Assembly: GCA_964458565.1 (NCBI GenBank) | Contig: CAYWJO010000020.1 | Location: forward strand, 1-55,135 | DNA: 55,135 bases | Direction of reading: 5' to 3' | From: an uncultured archaeon | GTDB lineage: Archaea > Asgardarchaeota > Thorarchaeia > Thorarchaeales > Thorarchaeaceae | Program-made: the position numbers and the translations under genes | Shown: positions 1-9,968 of the stretch, one piece after another | How positions within the stretch are numbered: the stretch's first letter is position 1 | Layout of the letters: each line of letters begins with the position of its first letter | Notes under the pieces: model-generated | Told to the model about the DNA's origin: nothing | Seen by the model: only the letters and a program-made list of their open reading frames with translations | Databases searched by the model: none

Positions 1-907
1 AAGAATAATCGTCCTAGATGATTTTTCAGCATCATACCCCTGGAACTTACCCAAGCATAACAAGCTGCAAGTCATAGAAGGCAGTATACTAGACGAACAG
101 AAACTCAAGCAGGTCTTCTACAGCAAACCTGACTATGTCTTTCATCTTGCAGCACACTTTGCTAATCAAAATAGTATCGATCACCCAGAGAGTGACCTCA
201 TGGTCAACGGTCTTGGGTTACTCAAGGTCCTAGAATATGCACGATTAACCGAACCCAAGCGATTCATTTTTGCAGGATCTGGATGTTCAGTCTATGGAAG
301 TCATGCAGAGATACCATTTCGTGAAGGTACTATCAGCTTAACCTTGGATACGCCATATCAGATTCACAAACTTTTAGGTGAACTCTATTGTAACCATTAC
401 TTGGAAATCTATGGCTTAAAGATAGCAATTGGAAGATTCTTCAACGTATTTGGTCCTGGTGAAGTTCCTGGTAGATACAGAAATGTAATTCCCAACTTTA
501 TCTGGTTAGCAATGAATGGAAAACCCCTTACTATTACTGGTACTGGAGATGAGACGCGTGATTTTGCTTATGTGACAGATATTGTGAATGGTATTCTTAA
601 GATGGGTGTCATGGATTCTGCCCTTGGTGAGGCAATGAATCTCGCTTCTGGAACAGAAACCTCCGTCATATATCTAGCAGAAAAAATTAACGAGATTACG
701 GGCAATAAATCAGGAATTACCTACGTATCAAAAAGGGACTGGGATAAATCAAATCGCCGTTTGGCATCTATTGAGAAAGCACGTGAACTCATTGGATATC
801 AACCTCAAATGGGCTTCGAAGAGGGATTAACGCATGTCTACTCATGGATTCTTGAGAACAAGGAGAACATTGAAAGATCATTGGCTCCTTCTGATCGACT
901 ATGGTAA
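1..907 (+). CDS. NAD-dependent epimerase/dehydratase (extended SDR, NDP-sugar modifying), 5'-truncated by window edge
   Basis: Frame is open from base 2 (RIIVLDDFS...DYVFHLAAHFANQNS) into the listed ORF at 200. Catalytic YxxxK (YQIHK), plus FNVFGP and G.ETRDF.YV motifs of extended SDRs. Confidence 0.9.
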   Translation, partial: RIIVLDDFSASYPWNLPKHNKLQVIEGSILDEQKLKQVFYSKPDYVFHLAAHFANQNSIDHPESDLMVNGLGLLKVLEYARLTEPKRFIFAGSGCSVYGSHAEIPFREGTISLTLDTPYQIHKLLGELYCNHYLEIYGLKIAIGRFFNVFGPGEVPGRYRNVIPNFIWLAMNGKPLTITGTGDETRDFAYVTDIVNGILKMGVMDSALGEAMNLASGTETSVIYLAEKINEITGNKSGITYVSKRDWDKSNRRLASIEKARELIGYQPQMGFEEGLTHVYSWILENKENIERSLAPSDRLW

Positions 908-914
908 ATATATT

Positions 915-2348
915 CTATACAGTTCTGATGAGATCTTTGATATGGTATATACCAACAATATTTGTTCTCCCAGGAATCAATCTTGTGCCTGATGTGAATA
1001 CAATATCCTTTTTCTCATCTAACAAACCTTCCTCATACACGGCCCGAACTGACTCCTGCACAAGTGAATCAACATCATTGAGATGTTTATCGAAGTAGAT
1101 GGGATGTACTCCCCACAATAGACGGACTTGCCGCATCACCCGTTTGTTATTTGTCACAGCAAAAATGGCGGTTGGAGGTCTGAACTTGGATATCCAGCGT
1201 GCGGTGAATCCACTTCTTGTTGAAGTGATGACTCCATCAATCTTGTCAGGTATCAAAGTGACTGCATTGTAGACAAGATTCCCAATTATTTCTACAATCA
1301 TCTTCTCTGGCGATGTAATGCTCAAGGGTTCGATATCTGGTAAACTTTCCTCAGCTCTGCGTGCTATTTTCTGCATCATTCGCACAACACCTGGTGGGTC
1401 ATGACCCATCGCGGTCTCTCCACTGAGCATCACTGCATCAGCTCTATCAAGAACTGCATGTGCAACATCACTCACCTCTGCACGAGTGGGCATAGTTTCG
1501 TAGGTCATTGATTCTAGCATATGCGTAGCGACGATCGCTGGACGCGCCCAGATGTTTGCTTGGTTTATCAGCTGTCTTTGTAGAATGGGAACATCTTCTA
1601 TTGGTACTTCTATTCCCAAATCTCCTCTTGCTATCATTACTCCATGTGACTCTTTGAGAATCTCATCGTAGTTCTTAACTGCCAACATGTGCTCAATTTT
1701 ACTTACAATATCCACATGTTGTGGACCGTTAGCCTCGACAATCTCGTTTACGCGTCTAACATCATCGCCTTCTCTCACAAAGGACAGCGCAATCATATCA
1801 GGCTCTAGTTCAGCAGCCAAGTCTAAATCATTCAGATCTTTCTCGGTTGGGATGCCGCATGATAGCTTTATCCCAGGTACGTTGACTCCCTTTCTACTAG
1901 ACACTATCCCCCCACTCATCACATCTGTATATATCTCAGAACCTTGAATCTCTCTCACAAGTAGTCTAACCGTACCATCATTAATCGCGATAGTATCACC
2001 AACTTTGACATCATCTGGAAGTTCTTTATGGGACACAGATACCCTAGTTTCATCTCCCACGAAATCTTCAGTAGAGAGTATGAATTCATTTCCTACTTGG
2101 AGTTTCACCGCCTCTTTTATTTCTCCAACACGAATCTTGGGTCCTTGAAGGTCGAAAAGAATAGCGATGCAGTCATCGATAGATCTAATCCTATCGAATG
2201 TTTCTCTCGCCTCAAGGTGCGCCATATGAGAAAGATTGAGTCGAGCAACATCCATTCCCTCATCGATCATTTTGGTTAGTGTTTCTGTAGATTTCGAAGC
2301 AGGACCAATTGTACACACTATCTTTGTTCGGGTATTATCGAATTTCAT
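915..2348 (-). CDS. pyk: Pyruvate kinase (PKIR variant, associated with K+-independent enzymes)
   Basis: RTKIVCTIGPAS, ARLN.SH, DLQGPKIR, KIE, MIARGDLGIE, PTRAEVSDVA, DAVMLSGETA. Confidence 0.97.
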   Translation of the reverse strand: MKFDNTRTKIVCTIGPASKSTETLTKMIDEGMDVARLNLSHMAHLEARETFDRIRSIDDCIAILFDLQGPKIRVGEIKEAVKLQVGNEFILSTEDFVGDETRVSVSHKELPDDVKVGDTIAINDGTVRLLVREIQGSEIYTDVMSGGIVSSRKGVNVPGIKLSCGIPTEKDLNDLDLAAELEPDMIALSFVREGDDVRRVNEIVEANGPQHVDIVSKIEHMLAVKNYDEILKESHGVMIARGDLGIEVPIEDVPILQRQLINQANIWARPAIVATHMLESMTYETMPTRAEVSDVAHAVLDRADAVMLSGETAMGHDPPGVVRMMQKIARRAEESLPDIEPLSITSPEKMIVEIIGNLVYNAVTLIPDKIDGVITSTRSGFTARWISKFRPPTAIFAVTNNKRVMRQVRLLWGVHPIYFDKHLNDVDSLVQESVRAVYEEGLLDEKKDIVFTSGTRLIPGRTNIVGIYHIKDLIRTV

Positions 2349-2488
2349 CAGGAGTCATCTCCCTACATTATGTGGTTGTAATCAATCATTGCTATTAAAC
2401 CGATGGTTGACAAGTGAACTCTAATGACTATACTTTAGTGAATAGGTTGATATTGTCTAATTATTGAAGGACCCAATAGAAAACAACG

Positions 2489-5400
2489 GTGATTTCAATG
2501 AAGGAGTATCGGGATTCCTTGATTACAACTTGTTTTATCTTACTATTTCTCAGTAGTCTTTGTATTTCTGTATCCCCAAATAACACTCCTGGAAATGTAA
2601 CTAAAGACATTGTTGCTGAGCAATCTATTGTTCCTTTGATTGATTCATTTACATCCAGTGATACTTACTCAAGTCCTCTATATGGTGGTATTTCCTTTGA
2701 TATTACCATGGAGGATGGATATCTCGATGGTTACAATCTGTTCAATTTGCATGCAATCAATGCTAGCAGACGTGGTCAGCGTATTAACAACTCATTAGTC
2801 ATTTTTGATATGGAGGGAAACTTACTCCTTGAGAACTCCGTCTTCAATAAGCCTATTGAGTTGATAAACTCTACAACCGTTCTTGGAGATAGCTCAAGCG
2901 GTGCTGTGCTTTGGAATATGGAGACCGATGTATATCAATTTCTAGGTTTTAGAGGACACCATGAATATGAATACAATCCAAATGATAACACAATCTTCAC
3001 TCTTGAGCTAACTACCGAGGAGATTGGGGGTGCCATCTACCGTTTTGATAAAATCCAAGAGTACGCTCTCGATGGTACTCTAGTCTGGAGTCTAGATGTT
3101 CACGATTTCATCGACTACACGCAGTGGTGTCCATATCATGACCGTCAGAGTGGATTTAATGATGTCACTCATTGCAACACAGTTTTTTATGATGCTGATG
3201 AGGATACCATTCTCCTAAATGGACGCAATGTGAATACTTTCTATAAAATTGATCATTCGACAGGAGACGTGATTTGGGCACTTGGGGAGTATGGTGATTT
3301 CACATTGATAGATAGATTCGGTCGCCAAAAAACGAGCCTCTTCTATCACGCACACTCTGTCGAACAGATTGATGATAACAGGTACATTATTTTTGATAAT
3401 GACTTTCATAATCAAACAGACAATGGGAATCACAGGTCTCGCATCCTTGAGATTGAAATTGATGAGAATACAATGACTGCCACCGAGGCTTGGTCTTGGA
3501 CTGGTGATCTTAGCTATTATTCAGCCTGGTGGGGAGATGCTGATAGGTTAGCTAATGGTAACAGATTAGGTACGTTCGGAACCGAAACTAAGGATGTAGG
3601 TCCATATGGTGCTCGATTAGTTGAGGTTAACGAGGACGGTGATATTGTTTGGGAGATGTCTTTTGAAAACACTGAGGAATTTATCTATGGTGTATATCGA
3701 ATGGAACGGATCCGATTTTCTCCCTTACTCTCTTCACCACCCGATGTGTTAGTGAGCTATGGCTCTAGTCTTGACCTGTCATGGCAGACGTGGTATAACT
3801 TCAGGTCAAAGCGGACCATGTATGGCACATATGAGCTTTACATTGATGATTTCCTATCTGACAATGGACCTGTCGAGTTTGATAAATTCTGGCGGGCCAC
3901 GAACCTAAATTTCGGTTTCAGCGGACTCAGCGTAGGGGACCATAACATCACCCTACTCGTCAAGGACGAAGGCGGTCATGGCACTTCAGATACTGTCAAT
4001 GTAAGTGTGCGAACATTTCATATCGATAGAACTGGACCTTTAATCATTGAAACGAGTGTTTCTAATTCTATAATCACTTGGAGTGGTGTAAGTTCCTACT
4101 CTGTTTCCTATGAACTCTCTGTAAATGGTACTGTCATAGGTCAGGACATATGGGATAAGTCTGATATTCATCTGGACCTAAACACTCTATCAATAGGTCA
4201 CTATAACATAATATTGGAGTTCACAAACACAACTGGAATTGTATATAGTGATTCGTTTTGGGTTATTGTAAATCCTTCTGCAATACCGGTGTTTACGAGT
4301 GTGCCTGATGATACTAGCATCGACTGGAATACAACAACTACGATGAGCTGGTCGGTTTTTGACCATTCTCCATCAGAATGGTACCTATACCGAAATGGTA
4401 CAATAATTCTCTCTGGTACATGGAACGGTGGCACACATAACATAGATTGGCATGTATCAGGTGTTGATGAGGGTCTATATAATATTACAATGATTCTGCG
4501 GGATGTTGTGTCAAATACTAACTCCTCTACCTGCTGGTTGTATGTAATTCCTCCAAGCCCTCCTATATTGACGAAGGCTCCATACTCTGACACTATCGAG
4601 TGGGCTAAGAGCACCGTTCGATACAATTGGGAAGTTCATGGCGGAACCCATTGGATGCTATATAGGAATGGAACCATAATGAAGGAGGGGACTAAACGAG
4701 CACCTCAACTCACCCTTGAGATAATAAATTGGCAGGCAGATGGTTGGCGGTTAGGTGATTATAATATCACATTGGTTGTCAGTGATGAGTTGTATTCAAT
4801 CTCAAGTACTATCTGGCTTACAGTGTATGTTGACTTTGGTGATGCATATGTTGACGCAGTAGTTACAACTAGGTCTGCATGGTATTCGGATGGTGATAAT
4901 GCAGTAGGAGCACCAGATGGTGAGGTTGCGAGTCTATTCGAGGATTATGGTCCAGGATATATGACATTGGATATGGGTGAGAATGAAGAGATATTCGATG
5001 AAGAGGGAACTGATTTTGAGGTTATCGCGAATGGAGGTAATTATTCTATTTCAGTTTCTCCGGATTTGATTCAGCCATTCCTGGATTTAGGAGTGGTTTC
5101 AGGAAACCACAGTTTCGAATTATCATCGATTGAGTACAATAAAGTTAGATATGTGAAATTAGAGATATACAGTTCCGAAACGGTATTTCTCGATGCCATT
5201 GTAGCTCTTAACTACAATGAACAAGGATCCGACAATGATGCACCCATTATCAATCAACTGAATGACTTGGAGATATGGACTAATCAGACACCATATGAGA
5301 TAGAATGGACTGTTTCTGATCGGACTCCTTGGAATTATTCTATTTACCTTAATGGGACTCTGTCATATACTGCTCCTTGGGATGGATCTCCCATCGTGTA

Positions 5401-5635
5401 CTCATTTGATCCTCCCTCTCCAGGAGTATGGGAGGTCCATCTTGTGGTTGTTGATTTATTCGATAATACAGCAACTAATACTCTACTCATCACCTTGCAT
5501 CAGGTTCCTGGTATTGAACCATGGGTATTACTTGCAATTGGATCGGGCGTAGTTGGAGTAATTGCTTTGACCGCCTATCTATTTCATCGCAAGAAATCCG
5601 GATCCGATTCTGGAATACCGGTTGGTGAAGATTAG
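2489..5635 (+). CDS. Secreted, C-terminally membrane-anchored arylsulfotransferase (ASST)-like protein with Ig-like repeats and putative carbohydrate-binding module (paralog 1)
   Basis: N-terminal hydrophobic signal. ASST-type motifs GHHEYE, THCNT, NGRN, YHAHSV, IIFDN, GDADRL.NGN. Repeated G.YNIT...D..DTV.V modules. TM helix followed by RKK. Start may be ATG 2498. Confidence 0.8.
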   Translation: MISMKEYRDSLITTCFILLFLSSLCISVSPNNTPGNVTKDIVAEQSIVPLIDSFTSSDTYSSPLYGGISFDITMEDGYLDGYNLFNLHAINASRRGQRINNSLVIFDMEGNLLLENSVFNKPIELINSTTVLGDSSSGAVLWNMETDVYQFLGFRGHHEYEYNPNDNTIFTLELTTEEIGGAIYRFDKIQEYALDGTLVWSLDVHDFIDYTQWCPYHDRQSGFNDVTHCNTVFYDADEDTILLNGRNVNTFYKIDHSTGDVIWALGEYGDFTLIDRFGRQKTSLFYHAHSVEQIDDNRYIIFDNDFHNQTDNGNHRSRILEIEIDENTMTATEAWSWTGDLSYYSAWWGDADRLANGNRLGTFGTETKDVGPYGARLVEVNEDGDIVWEMSFENTEEFIYGVYRMERIRFSPLLSSPPDVLVSYGSSLDLSWQTWYNFRSKRTMYGTYELYIDDFLSDNGPVEFDKFWRATNLNFGFSGLSVGDHNITLLVKDEGGHGTSDTVNVSVRTFHIDRTGPLIIETSVSNSIITWSGVSSYSVSYELSVNGTVIGQDIWDKSDIHLDLNTLSIGHYNIILEFTNTTGIVYSDSFWVIVNPSAIPVFTSVPDDTSIDWNTTTTMSWSVFDHSPSEWYLYRNGTIILSGTWNGGTHNIDWHVSGVDEGLYNITMILRDVVSNTNSSTCWLYVIPPSPPILTKAPYSDTIEWAKSTVRYNWEVHGGTHWMLYRNGTIMKEGTKRAPQLTLEIINWQADGWRLGDYNITLVVSDELYSISSTIWLTVYVDFGDAYVDAVVTTRSAWYSDGDNAVGAPDGEVASLFEDYGPGYMTLDMGENEEIFDEEGTDFEVIANGGNYSISVSPDLIQPFLDLGVVSGNHSFELSSIEYNKVRYVKLEIYSSETVFLDAIVALNYNEQGSDNDAPIINQLNDLEIWTNQTPYEIEWTVSDRTPWNYSIYLNGTLSYTAPWDGSPIVYSFDPPSPGVWEVHLVVVDLFDNTATNTLLITLHQVPGIEPWVLLAIGSGVVGVIALTAYLFHRKKSGSDSGIPVGED

Positions 5636-7231
5636 ATGCATATTTCTAAGAACCAAGGAATTTTGGTTATACTTCTTCTACATTGCACTCTTTTTTCATC
5701 CATTCTTCCATTATTCACAGCAACTAATGATTTGTATGTGTTTAATCCATCGTCTGATTTCATTTCTGTTGAAAACTTAGTTCTACCAATCTATGAAGGT
5801 ATCACTGCTGAGTTAATCAATACGGACGAAGCCTTTGAAGGTTTAAACCTCATGTATATCTGGCGACTGAATGAAAGTGATCTCTTCAAACGAATGGAGA
5901 CCTCTCTCATAATTACTGATATGAGAGGAAATCTACTCCTTGAGGAACCAACCCTTGAGTCTCCCGCAGAATTCTATAATGCAACTACGATACTCTGTCA
6001 AAATCAAGACCAAGAATCTGTTCTTTGGAATATCGCAACTGGTAAGATACAACCTTTGGGATTCTTCAGTCATCATGATTTGGAAGCAAACTTTGAGAAT
6101 AATACAATATTCGCACTCGAAGAATACTATTTAGTATCAAAAGACTTTCCATATGCTTATGATGCGATATTGGAATATGACCTAGATGGAAATTTAGTGT
6201 GGCAATTGAACACATCTACCTTTGTTCACGGGTATCAGTGGTGTCCATTTCATGATTATAGAAGCAGTTTCATCCCAGATATCACACACTCTAACACAGT
6301 ATTTTATGATCCAAGTGAGGATGTTATATATCTCAATACTAGAAATCTGAACACATTCTACAAAATCGACCACAAGACTGGAGATATAATCTGGGCATTA
6401 GGAGAATATGGGGACTTTGATTTATACAGTATAACTGGTGATGAAAAGACAAATCTCTTCTATCATTCTCATGCTTTGGAATTAATTGATGAGAACACCT
6501 TCATTTTATTTGATAATGACTATCATAATCAAACGAATCCAGATAGTCTGAATTCACGTATACTTGAGATTGTGGTCAATGAATCCACTATGATGGCAAA
6601 TGTATCATGGGTATGGACCAGCCCACAAGAATATCATTCTATAATCTATGGTGATGCAGACCATCTGCCCAACGGAAATCGTCTTGGTGTTTTTGGTACT
6701 CACTGGAAACTGAATCCTGAATTAGGTGCAATTTTAGTTGAGGTCAATGATGAGGGGGATATTGTGTGGGAAATCAAATTCATTAATGAGAACAACATCG
6801 TTTATGGACTTTATAATATGGAACGGTTTAGATTTTCTCCAACCATTTCACAGGAACATGATACATTAGTAATCTCAGGAACTGACTCCTTCCTTACCTG
6901 GAATGCCTGGTATAATTATCGTGCAAAACACGATGTGACTGGACACTACGAAATCTTTGTTGATGATGTACTTTTTGAATCAAATTGCATCATATATGAT
7001 AGATATTGGCGTCCAGTGAATATCAGTTACAATACAAACTCATTATCCGTGGGAACCCATAATGTAACGGTATTGGTTTTTGATGAAATTGGCAATTCTG
7101 CATCTGATTCACTTGAGATTACTGTTGTACCATCCGGAATAATCGTTGACACCTCTTGGTTATTTGGAATTACTTTAGCTTGTAGTACTATTGGAATTGC
7201 AGCCATCCTGTATAGAAAGAAACAATTGTGA
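5636..7231 (+). CDS. ASST-like surface protein, short form: propeller + one Ig-like module + TM (paralog 2)
   Basis: SHHDLE, THSNT, NTRN, YHSHAL, LFDND, GDADHLPNGNRL. C-terminal TM + RKK. Abuts the upstream stop (TAG ATG). Confidence 0.8.
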   Translation: MHISKNQGILVILLLHCTLFSSILPLFTATNDLYVFNPSSDFISVENLVLPIYEGITAELINTDEAFEGLNLMYIWRLNESDLFKRMETSLIITDMRGNLLLEEPTLESPAEFYNATTILCQNQDQESVLWNIATGKIQPLGFFSHHDLEANFENNTIFALEEYYLVSKDFPYAYDAILEYDLDGNLVWQLNTSTFVHGYQWCPFHDYRSSFIPDITHSNTVFYDPSEDVIYLNTRNLNTFYKIDHKTGDIIWALGEYGDFDLYSITGDEKTNLFYHSHALELIDENTFILFDNDYHNQTNPDSLNSRILEIVVNESTMMANVSWVWTSPQEYHSIIYGDADHLPNGNRLGVFGTHWKLNPELGAILVEVNDEGDIVWEIKFINENNIVYGLYNMERFRFSPTISQEHDTLVISGTDSFLTWNAWYNYRAKHDVTGHYEIFVDDVLFESNCIIYDRYWRPVNISYNTNSLSVGTHNVTVLVFDEIGNSASDSLEITVVPSGIIVDTSWLFGITLACSTIGIAAILYRKKQL

Positions 7232-7298
7232 AATGACCTCATCTATGGAGTAGTATATAACGAAGCAATTCTACACCCATCCTGAAGAAAGCGCAATA

Positions 7299-8612
7299 TT
7301 GGTGGTTATCGAATTGGTGACAATAAGCGAGATTAAAGCGATTGAAATCCTTGATTCACGCGGCAATCCTACAATAATGACCAAGGTAATCCTCTCTGAT
7401 GGAACCTCTGGTGTTGCTCGTGTTCCAAGTGGTGCTTCTACCGGACTCCGTGAAGCGATGGAACTTAGAGATGGTGAAGCTCGGTATCTTGGTAAGGGTG
7501 TGAGGACCGCAATTGATAATGTTCACAAAGTACTAGCAAAAGGTCTGCTGTCTGTGGATCCTCTCTCTCAGGCTGAAGTTGATGCAGCTATGTTGAACAT
7601 GGACGGAACTGAAGGTAAAAAGAATCTTGGAGCAAATGCGATTCTTTCCGTATCTATGGCAACTGCTGTTGCAGCTGCAAATCATCTTGGTCTGGAACTA
7701 TTTGAATATCTTAGAACCAAGGTGATTGGAAAAGATGCACGATACCTCCAACCTGTGCCAATGTCCAATGTGATAAATGGCGGGGCACATGCTGGTAATA
7801 ATCTTGCAATTCAAGAATTCATGATTCTACCCATAGGAGCTAAGGACATTTTAGAAGCAGTTCAATGCATAAGCGAAGTCTATCATGTTCTTGGGAAACG
7901 ATTGATCAAAAACCATGGACGGATGAGTAAACACGTAGGAGACGAAGGCGGATTCTGTGGATACGGTCTGCAGACCTCTTACGATGCATTTGAAGAAATT
8001 GTGGCTGCTACAGAAGAGGCCGGTTATGCTTCTGGAAAAGATGTGGTTCTAGGAATAGACGCTGCTGCAAGTGGGTTTTACAAAGATGGTAAGTATAACT
8101 TAGATGGCAAGTCCCTTGATACAGGAGATTTGATTGATTATTATCTTGATATGGAAAAGACATTTCCATTGCAGTCTAACGAAGATCCCTTCGATGAGGA
8201 AGCATTTGAAGAATTTTCTGAATATACAAAGAAGACCAAAATACAGATTGTGACAGATGACCTAACAGTATCTCATCCACCTACAGTGAGAAAATGTATT
8301 GAAATGGGTGCAGGAAACGCTCTGCTTCTGAAGGTCAATCAGATTGGTTCAGTTACGGAAGCTATTGAAGCTGCAAAGACGGCTCAAGGTGCAGGTTGGC
8401 CGGTTGTCGTCAGTCACAGAAGTGGTGAGACCGGAGATACTTTCATCTCAGATCTTTCTGTTGCACTTGCATCAGGTCTGATAAAGACCGGAGCTCCTGC
8501 TCGTAGCGATCGTGTAGAGAAATACAATCGATTGATGGAGATATTTCACATTCTTGAAGGGGGATGCAGCTATCCTGGTTCTGGATTTCGCACTGCGTGG
8601 AGGGACTATTAA
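7299..8612 (+). CDS. eno: Enolase
   Basis: EILDSRGNPT, VPSGASTG..EA.ELRDG, NGGAHA, QEFMI, GDEGGF, LLKVNQIG, SHRSGET, IKTGAP.RS.R..KYN. True start probably a few codons downstream (~7314-7317). Confidence 0.97.
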   Translation: MVVIELVTISEIKAIEILDSRGNPTIMTKVILSDGTSGVARVPSGASTGLREAMELRDGEARYLGKGVRTAIDNVHKVLAKGLLSVDPLSQAEVDAAMLNMDGTEGKKNLGANAILSVSMATAVAAANHLGLELFEYLRTKVIGKDARYLQPVPMSNVINGGAHAGNNLAIQEFMILPIGAKDILEAVQCISEVYHVLGKRLIKNHGRMSKHVGDEGGFCGYGLQTSYDAFEEIVAATEEAGYASGKDVVLGIDAAASGFYKDGKYNLDGKSLDTGDLIDYYLDMEKTFPLQSNEDPFDEEAFEEFSEYTKKTKIQIVTDDLTVSHPPTVRKCIEMGAGNALLLKVNQIGSVTEAIEAAKTAQGAGWPVVVSHRSGETGDTFISDLSVALASGLIKTGAPARSDRVEKYNRLMEIFHILEGGCSYPGSGFRTAWRDY

Positions 8613-8615
8613 CCA

Positions 8616-9854
8616 ATGGAATCTAAGCGGACTGCTATTCTATTTATTATGGATGGACTTGGAGACCGTCCTGTCCCTGATTTGAATGGCAAGACGCCCT
8701 TGGAATTTGCGAATACTCCAACTTTCGATATGTTGGTATCCCAAGGGCAAAGCGGTCTTATGGATGTAATTGGACCTGGGATAACTCCTGGAAGCGATGC
8801 TGCTCATCTCGCATTGTTTGGATATGATCCATATGAAAACTATCCTGGCAGAGGTCCACTTGAGGCTCAGGGTGCTGGATTAAGTACAAAACCTGGTGAC
8901 GTGGCATTCCGTTCTAATTTCGCTACAGTAGACGAAAATTTCATTGTGCAAGACCGAAGAGCTGGGCGAGAAATATCTTCTGAGGAAGGTGAAATTCTTC
9001 AACACGCTCTGGATGGTCTTGAGATCGAGGATGTTCTCGTTCGATTCATCCATACTGTAGAGCATAGAGGCGCGTTAGTTCTTGAAGGCCCTGGTCTTTC
9101 TCCTCGGATCACAGATGTCGATCCGCATGAAACAGGAAAAAGAGTTTTGGAGTGTAAACCTGTAGTTCCTGAGGCTGAGAAGACTGCTAGAATTGTGAAC
9201 AAGCTGATTCAATTATCGAATGAAAAATGGAATGCCCTCGATATGAATAAGAAACGTATTGAGCGCGGACTTCCCCCAGCAAATGTCATTCTTCTTCGAG
9301 GTCAGGGTCAGCATATGGATTCCCCAACACTGTTTGAACGATATGGTATAAAATGTGCTGTTATTGCAGGAGGTGCTCTCTATATTGGTACAGCTAAATA
9401 CGTTGGTATGGAACACGTGTTGGTTGAGGGACAGACTGGAACGATTGACACAAACTTCGATAACATCGCCTCAAAGGTGATTGACAGCGTTGAAAATTAC
9501 GACTATATCTTTGTTCACATTAAAGCTACTGATAATGCCAGCCATGATCATGATGTAAACCAAAAGGTCTTGGCTATCGAGCGGTCTGATCAGATGATTG
9601 GAAAAATAATCGAAGCCGTTGGTGATAGGATAGTCATAGCTATATCTGGAGATCATTCAACTCCTGTGACCATAGGTGAACATACATGTGACCCTGTACC
9701 TATCATTCTATGGGGTACAAATATTCGTCCTGATAAGACAATTACATTCTGCGAACTTGAATCATCAATTGGTGGTCTTGGAACAATCCGAGGACATGAT
9801 GTTCTCCCTTTACTCTTAGGATATTCAGGCCAAATTGAAAAATTTGGTGCGTGA
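8616..9854 (+). CDS. apgM: 2,3-bisphosphoglycerate-independent phosphoglycerate mutase, archaeal type
   Basis: DGLGDRP...L.GKTPLE.A.TP, PGSD.AHL.LFGYDP, GRGPLEA.G, AFR.NF.T, HIK.TD.ASHD, GDHSTP, H..DPVP. Confidence 0.95.
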   Translation: MESKRTAILFIMDGLGDRPVPDLNGKTPLEFANTPTFDMLVSQGQSGLMDVIGPGITPGSDAAHLALFGYDPYENYPGRGPLEAQGAGLSTKPGDVAFRSNFATVDENFIVQDRRAGREISSEEGEILQHALDGLEIEDVLVRFIHTVEHRGALVLEGPGLSPRITDVDPHETGKRVLECKPVVPEAEKTARIVNKLIQLSNEKWNALDMNKKRIERGLPPANVILLRGQGQHMDSPTLFERYGIKCAVIAGGALYIGTAKYVGMEHVLVEGQTGTIDTNFDNIASKVIDSVENYDYIFVHIKATDNASHDHDVNQKVLAIERSDQMIGKIIEAVGDRIVIAISGDHSTPVTIGEHTCDPVPIILWGTNIRPDKTITFCELESSIGGLGTIRGHDVLPLLLGYSGQIEKFGA

Positions 9855-9968
9855 TAAAGGAGGTTCTATCATCAGTAACTCATTAGATTACTTGACTTAG
9901 AAAGCGACAATTATAAGTTACTTGTAGAAATCTCAATTGTGCTTAATCACAGACGTGATGTGTGACCC

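Noticed and set aside
915-9854. Idea that the ASST-like His enzymes transfer phosphate from PEP made by neighbouring eno
   Set aside because: The enzymes are extracellular and PEP is cytoplasmic; adjacency is the only support.
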